A stretch of 64,000 nucleotides of DNA from Eledone cirrhosa (lineage: Eukaryota), in the NCBI GenBank assembly GCA_964016885.1, contig OZ024743.1, positions 85,622,001-85,686,000 of the forward strand, read 5' to 3'. Both the position numbers and the translations under genes were made by a program. Position 1 is the stretch's first letter. Every line of letters begins with the position of its first letter. Below, in pieces: positions 49,966 through 62,535 of the stretch. Under the pieces are notes generated by a model. That model did not search any database, had not been told where the DNA came from, and saw nothing but the letters and a program-made list of their open reading frames with translations.

Positions 49966-52573
49966 CATCTTATCGATTCTAATATGGTTTGATAACGGAA
50001 TATAAAGAGACACAACTCACATGCACCAAATCTGACATTTCTGTCAACCTCTAGCCTAATAATAATAATGGTTTCTGATCTAGGGTCAAAGCCAGGAATT
50101 TTTTTTTTTGGGGGGGGGGGAGTCAATTAAATCAGCCCTAGTGCATTACTGGTACTTTATTTTATCAATACTATAAGGATGAAAGGCAAAGTTGACCCTG
50201 GCAAGATATAAAACAAGAACAATTTGCAGCCTTCTAATAATAAACATAATTGTTTAGGCACAAGGCCAGCTATTTGGGTGTCCGGAAAAGTCAATTATAT
50301 TCTGAGAGCTGAATGCTCTGCCTAACATTAATCACTAACATTAATCTTGTAGCACCATCACTGCTACTACTTCCTGACGGGGTGCCTTTTTTTGTGGTAC
50401 CAGCACTGCCACTTTACAGTGCACATTTAGGGTAATTTCAAAATATATGCCCTCAGTCACATACTGAGCTTGACTGGTCAAGTGACTTTATTCTACTCAT
50501 GTTTTGTTCTTTCTTTCTATGGCTGGATGCCCTTCCTAATGCCAACAACTAAGGTGTGTACTGGGAGCATTATGGCTGGATGCTCTTTCTAATACTAGCC
50601 ATTTTACAGCATGTACTGGAAACATTTTATTGTGACTTTGGCGCTACTACCTTACCAAGTGGACTGTGTGCTTTTCACCGTGGCACCAGCTCTATCAACT
50701 TAGTTGGTGGACTGGGTGTCTCATAGTTTTTAATAATTGTAAAAACTATTTTATTGAAGACAGCATGGAATGAAACATACATGTTAAAACACCGAAGAAA
50801 GTAAAATAGTTTTAGATAATAGTTCAACCCTTGTTAGTATGATGATTATGATGATGATAATTGGCTTCTTAACTTCTGACTCGCAGCAGCAGTTTCCTTT
50901 CTTAGACATAACTGTCTAGGTGGTTACGTTAGGTAGTTAATGATAGTGTTTAGTATATTTGATGGTCACTTCATTGCCTCATACTATTTCTCTCTCTCTC
51001 ATCATCAGAAGTTGACTAACATGGTTAAATACTTTTACAGCCATCAGCTGTTGTTCAGATGGTTTACTGTGAGTTCTAGATGTCTTTATGATATAATTAT
51101 TAGTGCTGGGGGAGTTGGCTGTAGTGAAAGCATAACAGTTGCAGGTAGCACGAGAGTAACCAGTGTGAGGCATATAGAGGCAGATGATTAACATTTGAAA
51201 TGTAATTCATTTTAACTCTTTGATGACTACTGCACTTGTACTGAAACAGACCATATTTTAATTAGTTGTTGATGAATTTGGAGGTATTTACTAAAATTAT
51301 TTCATTTTGAATGTATGTTAGCTTAACCCTTTGGTATTTACATTACTCTATATATACTATTGTATTTTCACGGTAAAGGCTTTACCTCACATAATATTGA
51401 ATCTATGAGTTTTTCATATTATTTATTTTGAGAACAATGCCTTAACATCAGTATGAGTTGCTAGTTATGCCCAGTTTAAACTGAAAGCGGTGAGAGAATT
51501 TTGGCTGGAGACGGCCGGTTTAAATGCTAAAGGGTTAATGTTAACTGCTTCAAAGCAAGTTTTTAGGCTATGGAAAATAGTCAAACATGTGGGGTATATA
51601 AACCTCTAAAAACAGAAAAAGTGGACAGTATTGCCTGGGGGAATTGAACTCACTAATTTGTTTGACTATTTTTCAATCTAAAAACTTGCATTGAAGCTAC
51701 TTACATTAAAACTATTTTACTTTCAAAGTGCAAAATTTGCTGAATGCTTTGTGAATACAATTGATTAGTTATTATTTTATTAATTAAGATAGATAAGATT
51801 TGTGTTCTGATATCAAATTGTGTTGGAAGATATAAATTTAAATAGGAACCCTTTGAAATGGGTTGTTTTGATTTATAGAACCAGAGAGGGGTTAATATGA
51901 AAAGAATTAATATAAATCTCAAAAATGACATAACTAGTATAATTCATTTAACCCTTTCATTAGCATATCTCTAATGACAGGCACTACCTATAATACCCAG
52001 ATTATTTTGAAAATGTTCAAGAATTTGGAAGTATTTAATAAAATAACTTTCTAATTATTAAGTGGTAGTTGGAAGAACATAAGTTCTTACATAAAATTCT
52101 GATGGAAGTTTTTTAGTTAAGTATACTTTAGAATACACAGCTTTGCAAAGTAGAAACAGAAGTAGTTTGTCAGTTTAGTATCAACAGGGTTACACTGGTG
52201 TTTGGAGAATAACTGAAATGTTCTTACATAAAATTATGATGGAAGTTTAGAATTGAAATAGAAATAGAAGCTCGCCATAATATAGTCTAATGGGGCATAT
52301 AAACCCACTGAATGGAAAAAGATGGGTATCAGCACACATGGGAGTAAAAAATATAGTGTAGCTTCTATTTCTATTTCAATTCTAAACTTTGCTCGTTACA
52401 GTTCAAACATATTTCCTATAGTGGAAGGTTTTTATATAAATACTAGACCACCTTTGACCCGTTGGGTCATGTTCATTTAAAATTATTTTTTAAAAATCAT
52501 ATTCACTTAAAAATAATTTTAAAATAATTAATATACACAGCCATGTATATAATGTAAAATGATATTGGCAGGC

Positions 52574-52655
<82 letters not shown>

Positions 52656-53034
52656 ATACATATTCTCTGTCTATGTCTCTTTTTCAATCTACTCTCTCGC
52701 AACCACTATCTCTTTCTCCCTATCTATTTATGAAGGTACCCGGAAAACCCTGTATCTCGGGAACCTGTGCTCTGATTTACGCGAAACTTGTTTTATTCCA
52801 TTTGTATTTCCATGTCCTTTCAAAGTATTTTCCCATTATGTGCCGTTTTGGTTGTATTACATTACAAGCAAGCACACAATCACAGAGTTTTAGTAATATA
52901 CTAGCAGAATGGCCTGGCATTGCTTGGAATTTGCTCTAGGGTTCTTAGATATTTGATATATATTCATCCTTATCGAGCCTCGTGAAATAAATACGTTTGT
53001 TTATATTTTGTTATTGTGTACATGAATATATATA

Positions 53035-53897
53035 CAGGGTGTGGACGATATTTGTTCGCAATTTTCAACTGCTAATTTAATGAAAATTTTTTTTACTTCC
53101 GTTGTCACTCTTATCTTCATAAAAACAGTGACTTTATTTTCAGAATATTTGATTATGAATAATTTTGAACCTCCAAATTTGTGGAAGAGACAAAGAGTTC
53201 TTTGAATCCGCGCCGGGAGGACAAATAAAGACCAAAAGATCAACTCCCAGAACAACAGGTGGCTCGCTGTCTCATTCAAAGACGTGCCCAGAGTCATGCA
53301 GACAAATTTTCCAGCGACAACATTGGTCTTAGGTGTCGTCAGCAGTCAAGGTGATGTCATGCCACCTCACTACTTCCCTGAGGGCCTCAAGCTGAACACC
53401 GATGGCTACATCCGCGCTCTGAGCGAGGTAGTAAAACCCTGGATCGGCCAGGTAGCTGCAGGTAGGCCGTACGTATGGCAGCAAGACTCACAGCCCTGCC
53501 ATACCAGCCGAAAGACCCAAGCCTGGCTGTCAGAACTTCGTCGACCACATTTCACCTGACATCTGGCCTCCCAGCTCGCCTGACTCCAACTCCCTCGACT
53601 TCTTTGTGTGGGGCGCAGTGGAACGAGCCACCAACAGATCTAGCTGCAATATGAAAGACGATCTGAAGGCCAGGATCACAAGTGCCTTTAGGGGCCTAAG
53701 TTGGGGGACAGTGATGAAGACCTGTAGCCACCTTGAGGCCGTCATCAAAGCGAATGGCGGGTTTATCGAGTGAGATCGAAAGAACAAGTCATGAAGACAA
53801 ACTGACCGAGGTTTGATAAATTTATCTCAAAAAATAAAACTACTGTGTTAATTTTTCCTAGACAGTAATCTTACGAACAAATATCGTCCGCACCCTG
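53035..53897 (+). mobile_element. maT (DD37D) Tc1/mariner element, internally deleted, intact TIRs
   Basis: TA-CAGGGTGTGGACGATATTTGTTCG ... CGAACAAATATCGTCCGCACCCTG-TA. Transposase NSQNNRW..WQQDSQPCHT..(frameshift)..WPPSSPDSNSLDFFVW has 37 residues between the 2nd and 3rd Asp once the frameshift is restored. Confidence 0.92.
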
Positions 53898-54085
53898 TAT
53901 ATATTAAAATAACAGATTAATGTTTAAGCAAAGAATCGCTGCTTTCACCCTTAACGGGATCTTCTGAAACTAAAAAAATCAATCTGTGAATGCAGAAGTA
54001 AATATTTCGAAAAACATTACACACTATATATATATATATATATAAGAATAAACGTGCTGCGTGGTTGCGAATGGGTTACATATGA

Positions 54086-54528
54086 ATAAAGTTAGTCCTT
54101 CATCAGTGATCTTCCAACCATCATTGGTATTTCATCGCTTTAAAGACCATATACCTCCGATTGGTGCGAGCAACGGCTAAAAAAAGTCGTTGGGACACGA
54201 GAGTGTAAACAAACAAAGATGGTGAAGCAACGAAAAGTGAGGAAGAACGAGTCAAGTCCCAAATTTCCATGAATATAAGTTCGGTGAAATCGTGAACGGG
54301 AGAGAATAAAGACCATCAAACCTGGTTGGAATGTGAGCAAGGAAGGAATTCCGTACAGCACTTTTCGTTGCTTCACCATCTTTGTTTGTTTACACTCTCG
54401 TGTCTCCTTTATTACGTGTCCCAACGACTTATTTTAGCCGTTGCTCGCACCAACCGGAGGTATATGGTCTTTAAAGCGATGAAATACCAATGATGGTTGG
54501 AAGACCACTGATGAAGGACTAACTTTAT
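54086..54528. repeat. Long inverted repeat between TA tracts (probable PLE terminal repeat)
   Basis: 54086-54239 pairs with 54359-54528. It carries CTGATGAAGG at 54508 (half of a hammerhead core). Confidence 0.9.
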
Positions 54529-56142
54529 ATATATATATATTAGAAAATGAGGCACAGACCCTCCATCTCAACTCTACTTTTGAAAGCAGAAGAATTGCGA
54601 AACCGGTAAAGGAACCAAATAAATATATATATTTTTTTAAAAATAAGACTGCAGTTGCATTTTCGATTTCATTTTTTTTTCCTTTATATATACACCGACA
54701 CATATTATAAGGGCGCGACGTCGTAGCTATGTATCAATCTAAAAAGAAAGACTGAGAATTATAGAGAGAGATCGCTAAATCGCCTAATGCGGTCCCTAGG
54801 GCATTGAAAACACTCCCACGACCATAAGTATTACATGTGTAAAGTTTGAAAACAATCGGTTGGATGGGTCTCGAGTTTTAGGGAGTCAGACAGACATTCT
54901 CTGTTTTAGATATATAGACTAGCAGAAAACCACCCGGTGGGCGGTTTTCTGCTAGTCTATATATGGAGGCACATGGCTTAGTCGTTAGAGCATTGGCCTT
55001 GCAATCGAATGGTTGTGAGTTCAATTCTCAGACTGGGTGATGTGTTGTTTTCTTGAGCAAGACACTTTATTTCACATTGCTCCAGTTTACTCAGCTGTAG
55101 AAATGAGATGATAGGGACTGGGGTCCATATCATTCCACTGCAAAGTGGTCGTGGAGGTGCCACGGCAAAAAAGCACCCAGCACTCACTGTAAATGAGGTT
55201 GGTGTTAGGAAGGGCATCCAGCTGTAGAAATCAAGCCAAAATCAGTTTCCGTCCCACTCTTGCAAGCAGGGAAAAAGCGGACGTAAAATGAAATGATGAT
55301 GATGATATATATATATATTACACACACAGAAATGTATATGTATTTCTGTGTGTGTGTATATATATATATATTACACACACAGAAATGTATATATATTTCT
55401 TAGAACAAAATTATTATTAATGTTTTGCTGTTCATAACAATTGGAATTGAAAAATTACTTTTGAAATTATTAGTTATTTTACTAATGCTTAGATATGTAA
55501 AAATGAATGTTTTTAATAATTGTTTCTACTTTTGGCACAAGGCCAGCAATTACCTAGTACATTACTGGTACTTTATTTTATCGACCCCGTGAGGATGAAA
55601 GGCAAAGTTAACCTCGGCGGTATTTGAACTCAGACCGTAAAGGGACGTAACTCCATGCTATGAAGCTATGTCCGACTCTCTACAGATTCTGCCAATCCAC
55701 CGCCCTAATGTCTACGTAATGAGGGAGTGAGAGGGGAGAGAAAGAAAGGCAGAGGTGAAGTGACGAAGTGACTCTCTCCTCCTCCTCCATCTCCCCATTC
55801 GTCACAGCGATAGAGGGGAGGAATGTTAGTGTGTTACAAAAAGAAAGTGAGAGTGAGAGAAACAGACAGACTAAAAGAGAGGGATAGCTGGAGAGAGAGA
55901 GAGATAGCAACCACGCGCGCACGTGTTCCCACTGTCGGACAGACAGACAGAGAAATTGCTGCTTATATATTATAAGGAGATAGATAGACAATAATTTAAA
56001 ATAAACAATCTAGTATCATAAAATCAGGAACATTTTGGTGTCAAAATAGTTAATAGTGGCTCTAATTGGTTCTATGGAGGTTTATATAATTTGATGTGAA
56101 ATATAAACATTTTTTATAATTTGTTTTGTTTACCTTTTTTAG

Positions 56143-56229
56143 GAACTGAAAATCAAAATTGACCAAGCTTGCACTGCTGGTGAAGAATTTCATAAACTTT
56201 ACTATGATACTTTCGACAAGAAGAGGCAT
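56143..56229 (+). CDS. NXT: NXT coding exon 2 (ELKIKIDQACTAGEEFHKLYYDTFDKKRH)
   Basis: Matches the NXT1/NXT2 N-terminal helix motif DQAC.A.EEF...YY.T.DK.R. Strong acceptor tacctttttt AG|, donor CAT|GTAAGT, phase 0-0. Confidence 0.92.
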
Positions 56230-56247
56230 GTAAGTTGAAATTTAATT

Positions 56248-56278
<31 letters not shown>

Positions 56279-56407
56279 GTTTGTGTGTGTATAGTTGTAT
56301 GTATATATGTGTGTAGTATGTATATTCATGTACGTGTGTGGTTTTATGTATATGTAATTGTGTGTGTGTGTAGTTTTAAGTATGTATATATGTATATAAT
56401 GCACATA

Positions 56408-56721
56408 CAGTTGTCCCCCAGTATTCGTTGGGGTTACGCTCCGAGAGCATCCTCGAAGAGTAAAAAACCACAAATATTGAATGTGGTCCATAACAATTCC
56501 TATAAACGTCAAAACTAAGTAAAATATAGGCTGGCAAATACGGTATATTCTTATTAATAATTTAGCTTTAAAAAGCATGAAAAAATATATATTGCCACGA
56601 AAAAATTGCTGAAGATATTTATGATTCTACAAATAATCAGTAGTTTCCGCAAACAATTATTAGTTAGGTTCTAGCGAAAATTCCGTGAACAACCGGGACC
56701 ACGAACGCTGGGGGTACACTG
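56408..56721. mobile_element. pogo/Tigger-type MITE
   Basis: TA-CAGTTGTCCCCCAGTATTCG ... CGAACGCTGGGGGTACACTG-TA. Confidence 0.75.
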
Positions 56722-58709
56722 TATATTGTAGATCATACATCTCTGATCGCTCAATGAGAGAATTGAAGCTAAAAATCCAAGACCTCGAAGTGGTTGCACA
56801 CTGCCTGTGTCATAGGAAACAATATAATTAGGCTAAAAAATAGACACTGAATAAGTTTATATAAGGCCTTCAGGTACAAGCCGAAGCTGAAGCATATAGA
56901 CACATGCCCCCACTCCCTTCCATTGTAAAGGGGTCTAGGTTGTCTCCCTTGATATTTTTTTAAAAGCCAGAATTAGTCATTTAGTGTACATATTGAGACC
57001 CTAACCCATCCTATTTATTTTAGAACACATGGGAGCTCTAGTAATGTTTTTTTTTGTCATGTATAATGTTTTTTAATGTCTAAAGAAAATTGTCACAGGA
57101 ATGCTACCACTTTAAGGTCTAAGGAAAATTGTCACAGGAATGCTACCACTTAAAATAAAATTTCACCAGAGATAGATTAGCAAAATCCCTTGAATTGTTG
57201 GCTTTCTGCCACAATTTGAAACTGATTTTCTGTTTTAGGCCTTTTTTTTAGCTTTAAGCCATCAATATGTATATGTGTGGAATGAATGAGTCAGCAAGAC
57301 TATGTTCACATAGTGAGGACTCTTCAGTTGGGTCCATGTCTACCCTCTCTAATGCTGGTGCCATGAAAAATGCTCCTAATATACCCTGTAATGTGATTGG
57401 AAGGGCCTATCACCTGTAAAAGCCATGTCAAAAGGGGGTTGAGAAGACGCTTCAGTTGTGTCAAGAGCTCAACAACCTCTCTAGTGTTCATGGCTGAGAC
57501 AATAAACGCACCCTGTACTCTCTGTAAAGTGGTTGGTGATAGAAAGGGCATCCATCTGTAGAAAACTTGCCAGATAAAGAGATGGGAGAAATCTTCAGCT
57601 GTGTCAAAGATGTGACATTTTCCGTAGTGCTGGTGACATGGTAATATGCATTTGGAAGAGCATGGGGACTTATGTAAGCATAATGCAGGCTCCCAGCCCA
57701 TCTAAGCAGTAGGTAGAGTGCAGGAACATATGTGACCCCCTCAGTTTGATCTCCCGTCTGTAATGTCAGTAGCTCTGCTTCAGTACTGATTTTGTCTGAC
57801 TATCCATCCTTGGTATCAAAGAAAATGAATGTTAAATAATGATGACTTCTTTTGGAGGTCAGTTTCCATTTTATACCCTTTTCTAGCTTTGATAAGACAC
57901 TAATGTATATGTTGAATGAGACCAAGTCTTTTTAGGGGTCAATTTCTGTTTTCTGGCAATAACCTTATTCCCAAAGTTTTTAGCTTTTCAAACGTCTGAG
58001 AGCCTTAAAGTGTGTTGGACCTTCGACGGTTCCAACGACGCTGTTCCAGCTGTTTGAACAACGGAACAGCCAACTAGTGAAATTAACGTACAATTAACTG
58101 AACATTCCACAGATACGTGCACACTTGATGTAATTAAGGAGATTCAGCGTGACAATCTGTGACTACACTGGCCCTTTGAATTACAAGTACAACTCAATTT
58201 TTGTCAGGTGAGTGGACTGGAACACAGGAAATAAAGTGTCTTGTTCAAGGACACAATGCTGAGAATCAAATACATGGGCTAACAATCATGAGCTGAACAC
58301 CCCAACCACTAAGCCATGTGTCCTTGCCTCCCCACAAACATTTGTCACTGTAATCTTAGTAATCTTTACTTCTCTATATGGATTGTTTTATTGTAAAACA
58401 ATTGAGAGAGCATATAGATTTTAACAATATGCTGATTTCTGTTAACAACTGCTATGTGTGTGTATGCGCGCGATATATCACTTGTTATAAAATCATCCAT
58501 CTCGTTATACGATTTACTATTAGAAACATTTTCAAGGGAGATAACTCAAGGAAGACCTCCGTAGACTAGGACATCCTTCCCTTTCCATCTCTTTATATGA
58601 TGGATAGGCAGTCGGTGTGTTAGTTAACAATGATTCAGTCCACCGGGGTGATACTTTCTCTATTCTGTTTGCGGAGAGCATGCGGTGGCAGACACCTGGG
58701 GTTCTGCAT

Positions 58710-58799
58710 CTGTGGATCGCTATCAACGATAATAATTATGATCTCGTTCATATTTTCATTCAATTAGGGGCAGATATCAATGTCAGAAATAAACAAAAG
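58710..58799 (+). pseudogene. Isolated copy of one ankyrin repeat of the downstream ASB gene
   Basis: LWIAINDNNYDLVHIFIQLGADINVRNKQK versus LWIAVNDNNYDLVNILIQFGADINYRNKQK at 63412-63501, ungapped. Confidence 0.85.
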
Positions 58800-60829
58800 G
58801 AACTTCTGCACGCCTTCTCCCACATTGTTCTGGCATATATCATTGAGGTAGCGATGGAGTGCTCTCTGTATTATTCTTGGTTTTATTTGTATTTTTTAAA
58901 AATATAGTGTTTACCAGAAGAGGTGGATATTTACGTTGAATAAAAGGGTGATATTAAAACTAACAAAATGGTACAGTCGGTGGTATAGTGGTGTAACCTA
59001 CAGAATATGTTAGGAAGAAATAGGTGGTGTTATTTCCGGTGGTTTCCTGTTGCTAATTACTGCATCTGCTAGAAATGAAGTCTTTGTAATCCTACTACAT
59101 CTCTTATGCACTAATTACATTTAGTGCACAATATAGAGTTCATGAAAGTGGCGAATTGGCAGAGTCGTTAAGACGTCAGATAAAATGCTTTACGGTATTC
59201 CTCTCATCTCATTGTGTGCTCAAATCCTGCCGTGGTCAACTTTGCCTTTCATCCTTTCGAGGTTGATAAAAAATGTACCAGTCTAGTACTGTGGTCGATT
59301 CTTCCTCTATAGAAAAAAAATCAGCTGTGTTCAGACCTGGAGAGGGTTGGGCTCCACCAGGTTTAAATGTGCCCTAGACAAGCTGTGTGATGGTGCCTCT
59401 ACGACTCCACAAGGAGACCTATAATAAAGCTCTAGTAGACATCACCCTGCATTCTTAAATACCTCCTTGAACTTATTGCTCTTAATTTGGTGACAGCTCA
59501 TTTGTACATGGCTCATACAGCTCTCACAAATCATTCATTTACACTTTCTTAGCAACCACTGCACGACAGAGCCATGTAGCCTCGTAGAGGCCTTTTCCAG
59601 GCCAATAAATGCTAAGTATAGTAGCTAAAAACTTCTGTGGTTGTTTCATGAGGAAGAGGCTGTCAGTGGTACCCTGCCCTATCACAAACTTGAACTGCTT
59701 CTAATTAATTAGTTGTTATAACTCTTCAGGAAGTAACTTTTTTTGCAATTTGTTTCATCAATTCGATGCCTCAGTTGTTTTTTTTTCTCCAGCATCTCTT
59801 GTGCCCTTGTAGCAGTTAATTGTATGATAATGTTGTTCTATTAATCATTGGTCATGACACCTCTGTATTATATGATTATGAGAGTGGCTGGCATAACCTA
59901 CTGTGCTGGATATTTTTTGTCATCTCTTCAGCGACTATCCCTGAAAGTCTAGCCACTTTCTCTGCCTTCATATCTTTAACTGCCTTTGTTGGGTCAATTT
60001 GCAGTTGACCTGTGCTCTCCCATGCATTCTCTTCATTCAGTAACATCTCCATGCATCTTCTTGGCATTTGTAAGGCTGCCATTCAATGGAATGGATGGTT
60101 AGAGCATCAGGCAAAATGTTTTGCAGCAAGTGGTCACAGCTCTTTACATTGTGGTTTCAAATCCCGCCGAGGTTAACTTTGCCTTCCATCTTCCTGGAAT
60201 TGATAAAATAAATAAAGTGTCAGTCAAGCACTGGGTTTGATTTAAATTAACCTTCCCAATCTGCCAAATTTGCTGGCCTTGTGCCTAAATTAGAATAGAA
60301 ACCATTATTTCATGTGACCGAAAACCTGGTTAATGTGTAGAGGGGTGGTGGGGGTGTACAGGATTATCTCCCTTCACAGCTATTCTCATTTGAAAACCCC
60401 AATAGTCAAAATTGTGGATTATTTTATATAATGTTTGTGTTATTTATACAAATTAGATAGTCTAATATTAGATGGTGGAATAAATAGGATGGGTAGTGGA
60501 CAACTAGCTAACCGGTTGGTCGATGGTATACTGAGTTGTGATAGGACTTGGGGGTGGGTGGCTATCATTAAAACATCAAAGAAATCTGTGATGCAACCTC
60601 AGGAGGCTGACCAAATCTATGTTGGTGCAAGTTGTAACTATATTGTGTCTGTCACTAAGCTAACTCTACTTAGCTGTAAATATCTACCTCATGTGCTGAT
60701 ATAGTTGACCACTTTAACAACTAGTGGCAGTGTTGTGCTATTAGTGAGGGATTTATGTAATTTATCCCTTGGACATCTGTAGACTTCGGTGAGTTGATCC
60801 TAGTAGGTTAAATTTACAGTATACACATC

Positions 60830-61297
60830 TCTCCTCCAGCTCTAATGTAACTCTCCTCCAATTCTGCTAACTCTAATGTAACTCTCTTTTCCAATGTAGC
60901 TATCTCTAACGTAACTCTCCTCTCTATTACTACCACCTCTAATGTAACTCTCCTCTCTAATACTACCACCTCCAATGTAACTCTCCTCTCCGATATTGCC
61001 TCTTCTAATACTACCATCTCTAATGTAACTTTCCTCTCTAATGTTGTCACCTCTAATGTAACTCTCTTCTCCAATGTTGCTTGCTCTAATGCAACTCTCT
61101 TCTCTGATATTACCAGTTCTAATGTAACTCTCCTTTCCAATATTGCCACCTAATCTAACTCTCCTCTCTAATACTACCACCTCTAATCTAACTCTCTAAT
61201 ACTGCCACCTAATGTAACTCTTCTCTCTAATACTTCCACCTTTAATTTAACTCTCCTCTCTAAAACTACCACCTCTAATCTAACTCTTCCCTCTAAC
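60830..61297. repeat. 33-bp minisatellite, ~14 copies
   Basis: Unit CTCTAATGTAACTCTCCTCTCTAATACTACCAC. Confidence 0.92.
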
Positions 61298-62535
61298 AGT
61301 TTAGGCTGTCTACAGTCTGTGTTCAAATCCTACTGAAGTTAACTTTGCCTTTCAACCTTTTGAGGTCAATAAAAAAAATTACCAGTTCAGTACTGGAGTT
61401 GATTCTTCCCCTCATTTCTCTCTTTCTCAAAGAAATTGGCTATGTTTAGACCTGGAGAGGGTTGGGTTTTGACAGGTTTAAAGTCCACACAAAATGCCAT
61501 CTATTACTACAGTGCCTCTACAACTCCACCAGGAGTTACGGGTCCATACATATGACATTATAAAATGTATCCATTTTTAAAACAGTATGGTGTAATTTGA
61601 AGATGTATGGCTGCTATTTCTAGAAGCTTGAATGACCATGTTGAGGCTCCCTTGGCGACTTAAATACTGCCAAAATTAACTTTGTCTTTTATCCCTTTTG
61701 GGTGCTCAATAAACTAATTACATTTGATATATTAGGTCTGAGTTAAGCAATAGTTATCTCTTCTCTTACAATAGCAGTGAGATGACTTATGTTCCTGACT
61801 GGGCTTTTAGTCTAATGTAAGTAGCTCTACATTACCAATTGCAATAACCCATTCATGACTGCATTTCTAATGAAATATACTCTATTTAGCATTTAAACCA
61901 GCCATATATGGTCAGAATTTTCTCACTTCTTTCTGTTCAAACCGGCTGTAATCAGCCGCTCATACTAATGTTACGGTATTGTTCTCAAAATAAATATCAA
62001 AATCTCATAGATGCCATATTATATGAGATAATTATGTAAAGTAAAGCCTTTACCATGAAAATATAGTAAATATAGAGTAATGTAAATGCTAAAGGGTTAA
62101 TGAATAATTTTGAGGGATTTACTAAAATTATTAACTTATTTCATTATTAAGATATTAGTTTTATATAAGGTTCTATATAAAATTATGTTGTAAGATTTTA
62201 ATATAAAATTGGAAACCTTTAAAATGGGTGGTTTTATTTCATAGAACCAGAGCTGGTCTTGGCTGGATTGGTAACTAAAAGGTTAAGTGTTCTTAAAATA
62301 TCAAGAGATGACATACATTGACTGGTTGTTCCTATGTCCATTTCATGTTGACGCTTTTACCTGTACACAACATTTCATATTGAGTGGTGGAGTTGGTGGT
62401 GGTAGTACTGTTTATTGATTAGATTGTTTCATTGGTTTAAATTCATTTCAAATGACATCCTTTTCAAAGATTTGGTGGCCTCTAGCTTAAAACCTACTTT
62501 TGTCCTCTTTCAGAATTCTGTTGGAGTGAGCTGCA

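Noticed and set aside
60085-60100. TGGAATGG as the WNG motif of NXT exon 3
   Set aside because: It is the head of a SINE, and the flanking translation has no NXT similarity.
60814-61180. Minus-strand ORFs with 11-aa repeats (ERRVTLEVVVL)
   Set aside because: Readout of a 33-bp minisatellite. Two frames are open and there is no splice or domain support.
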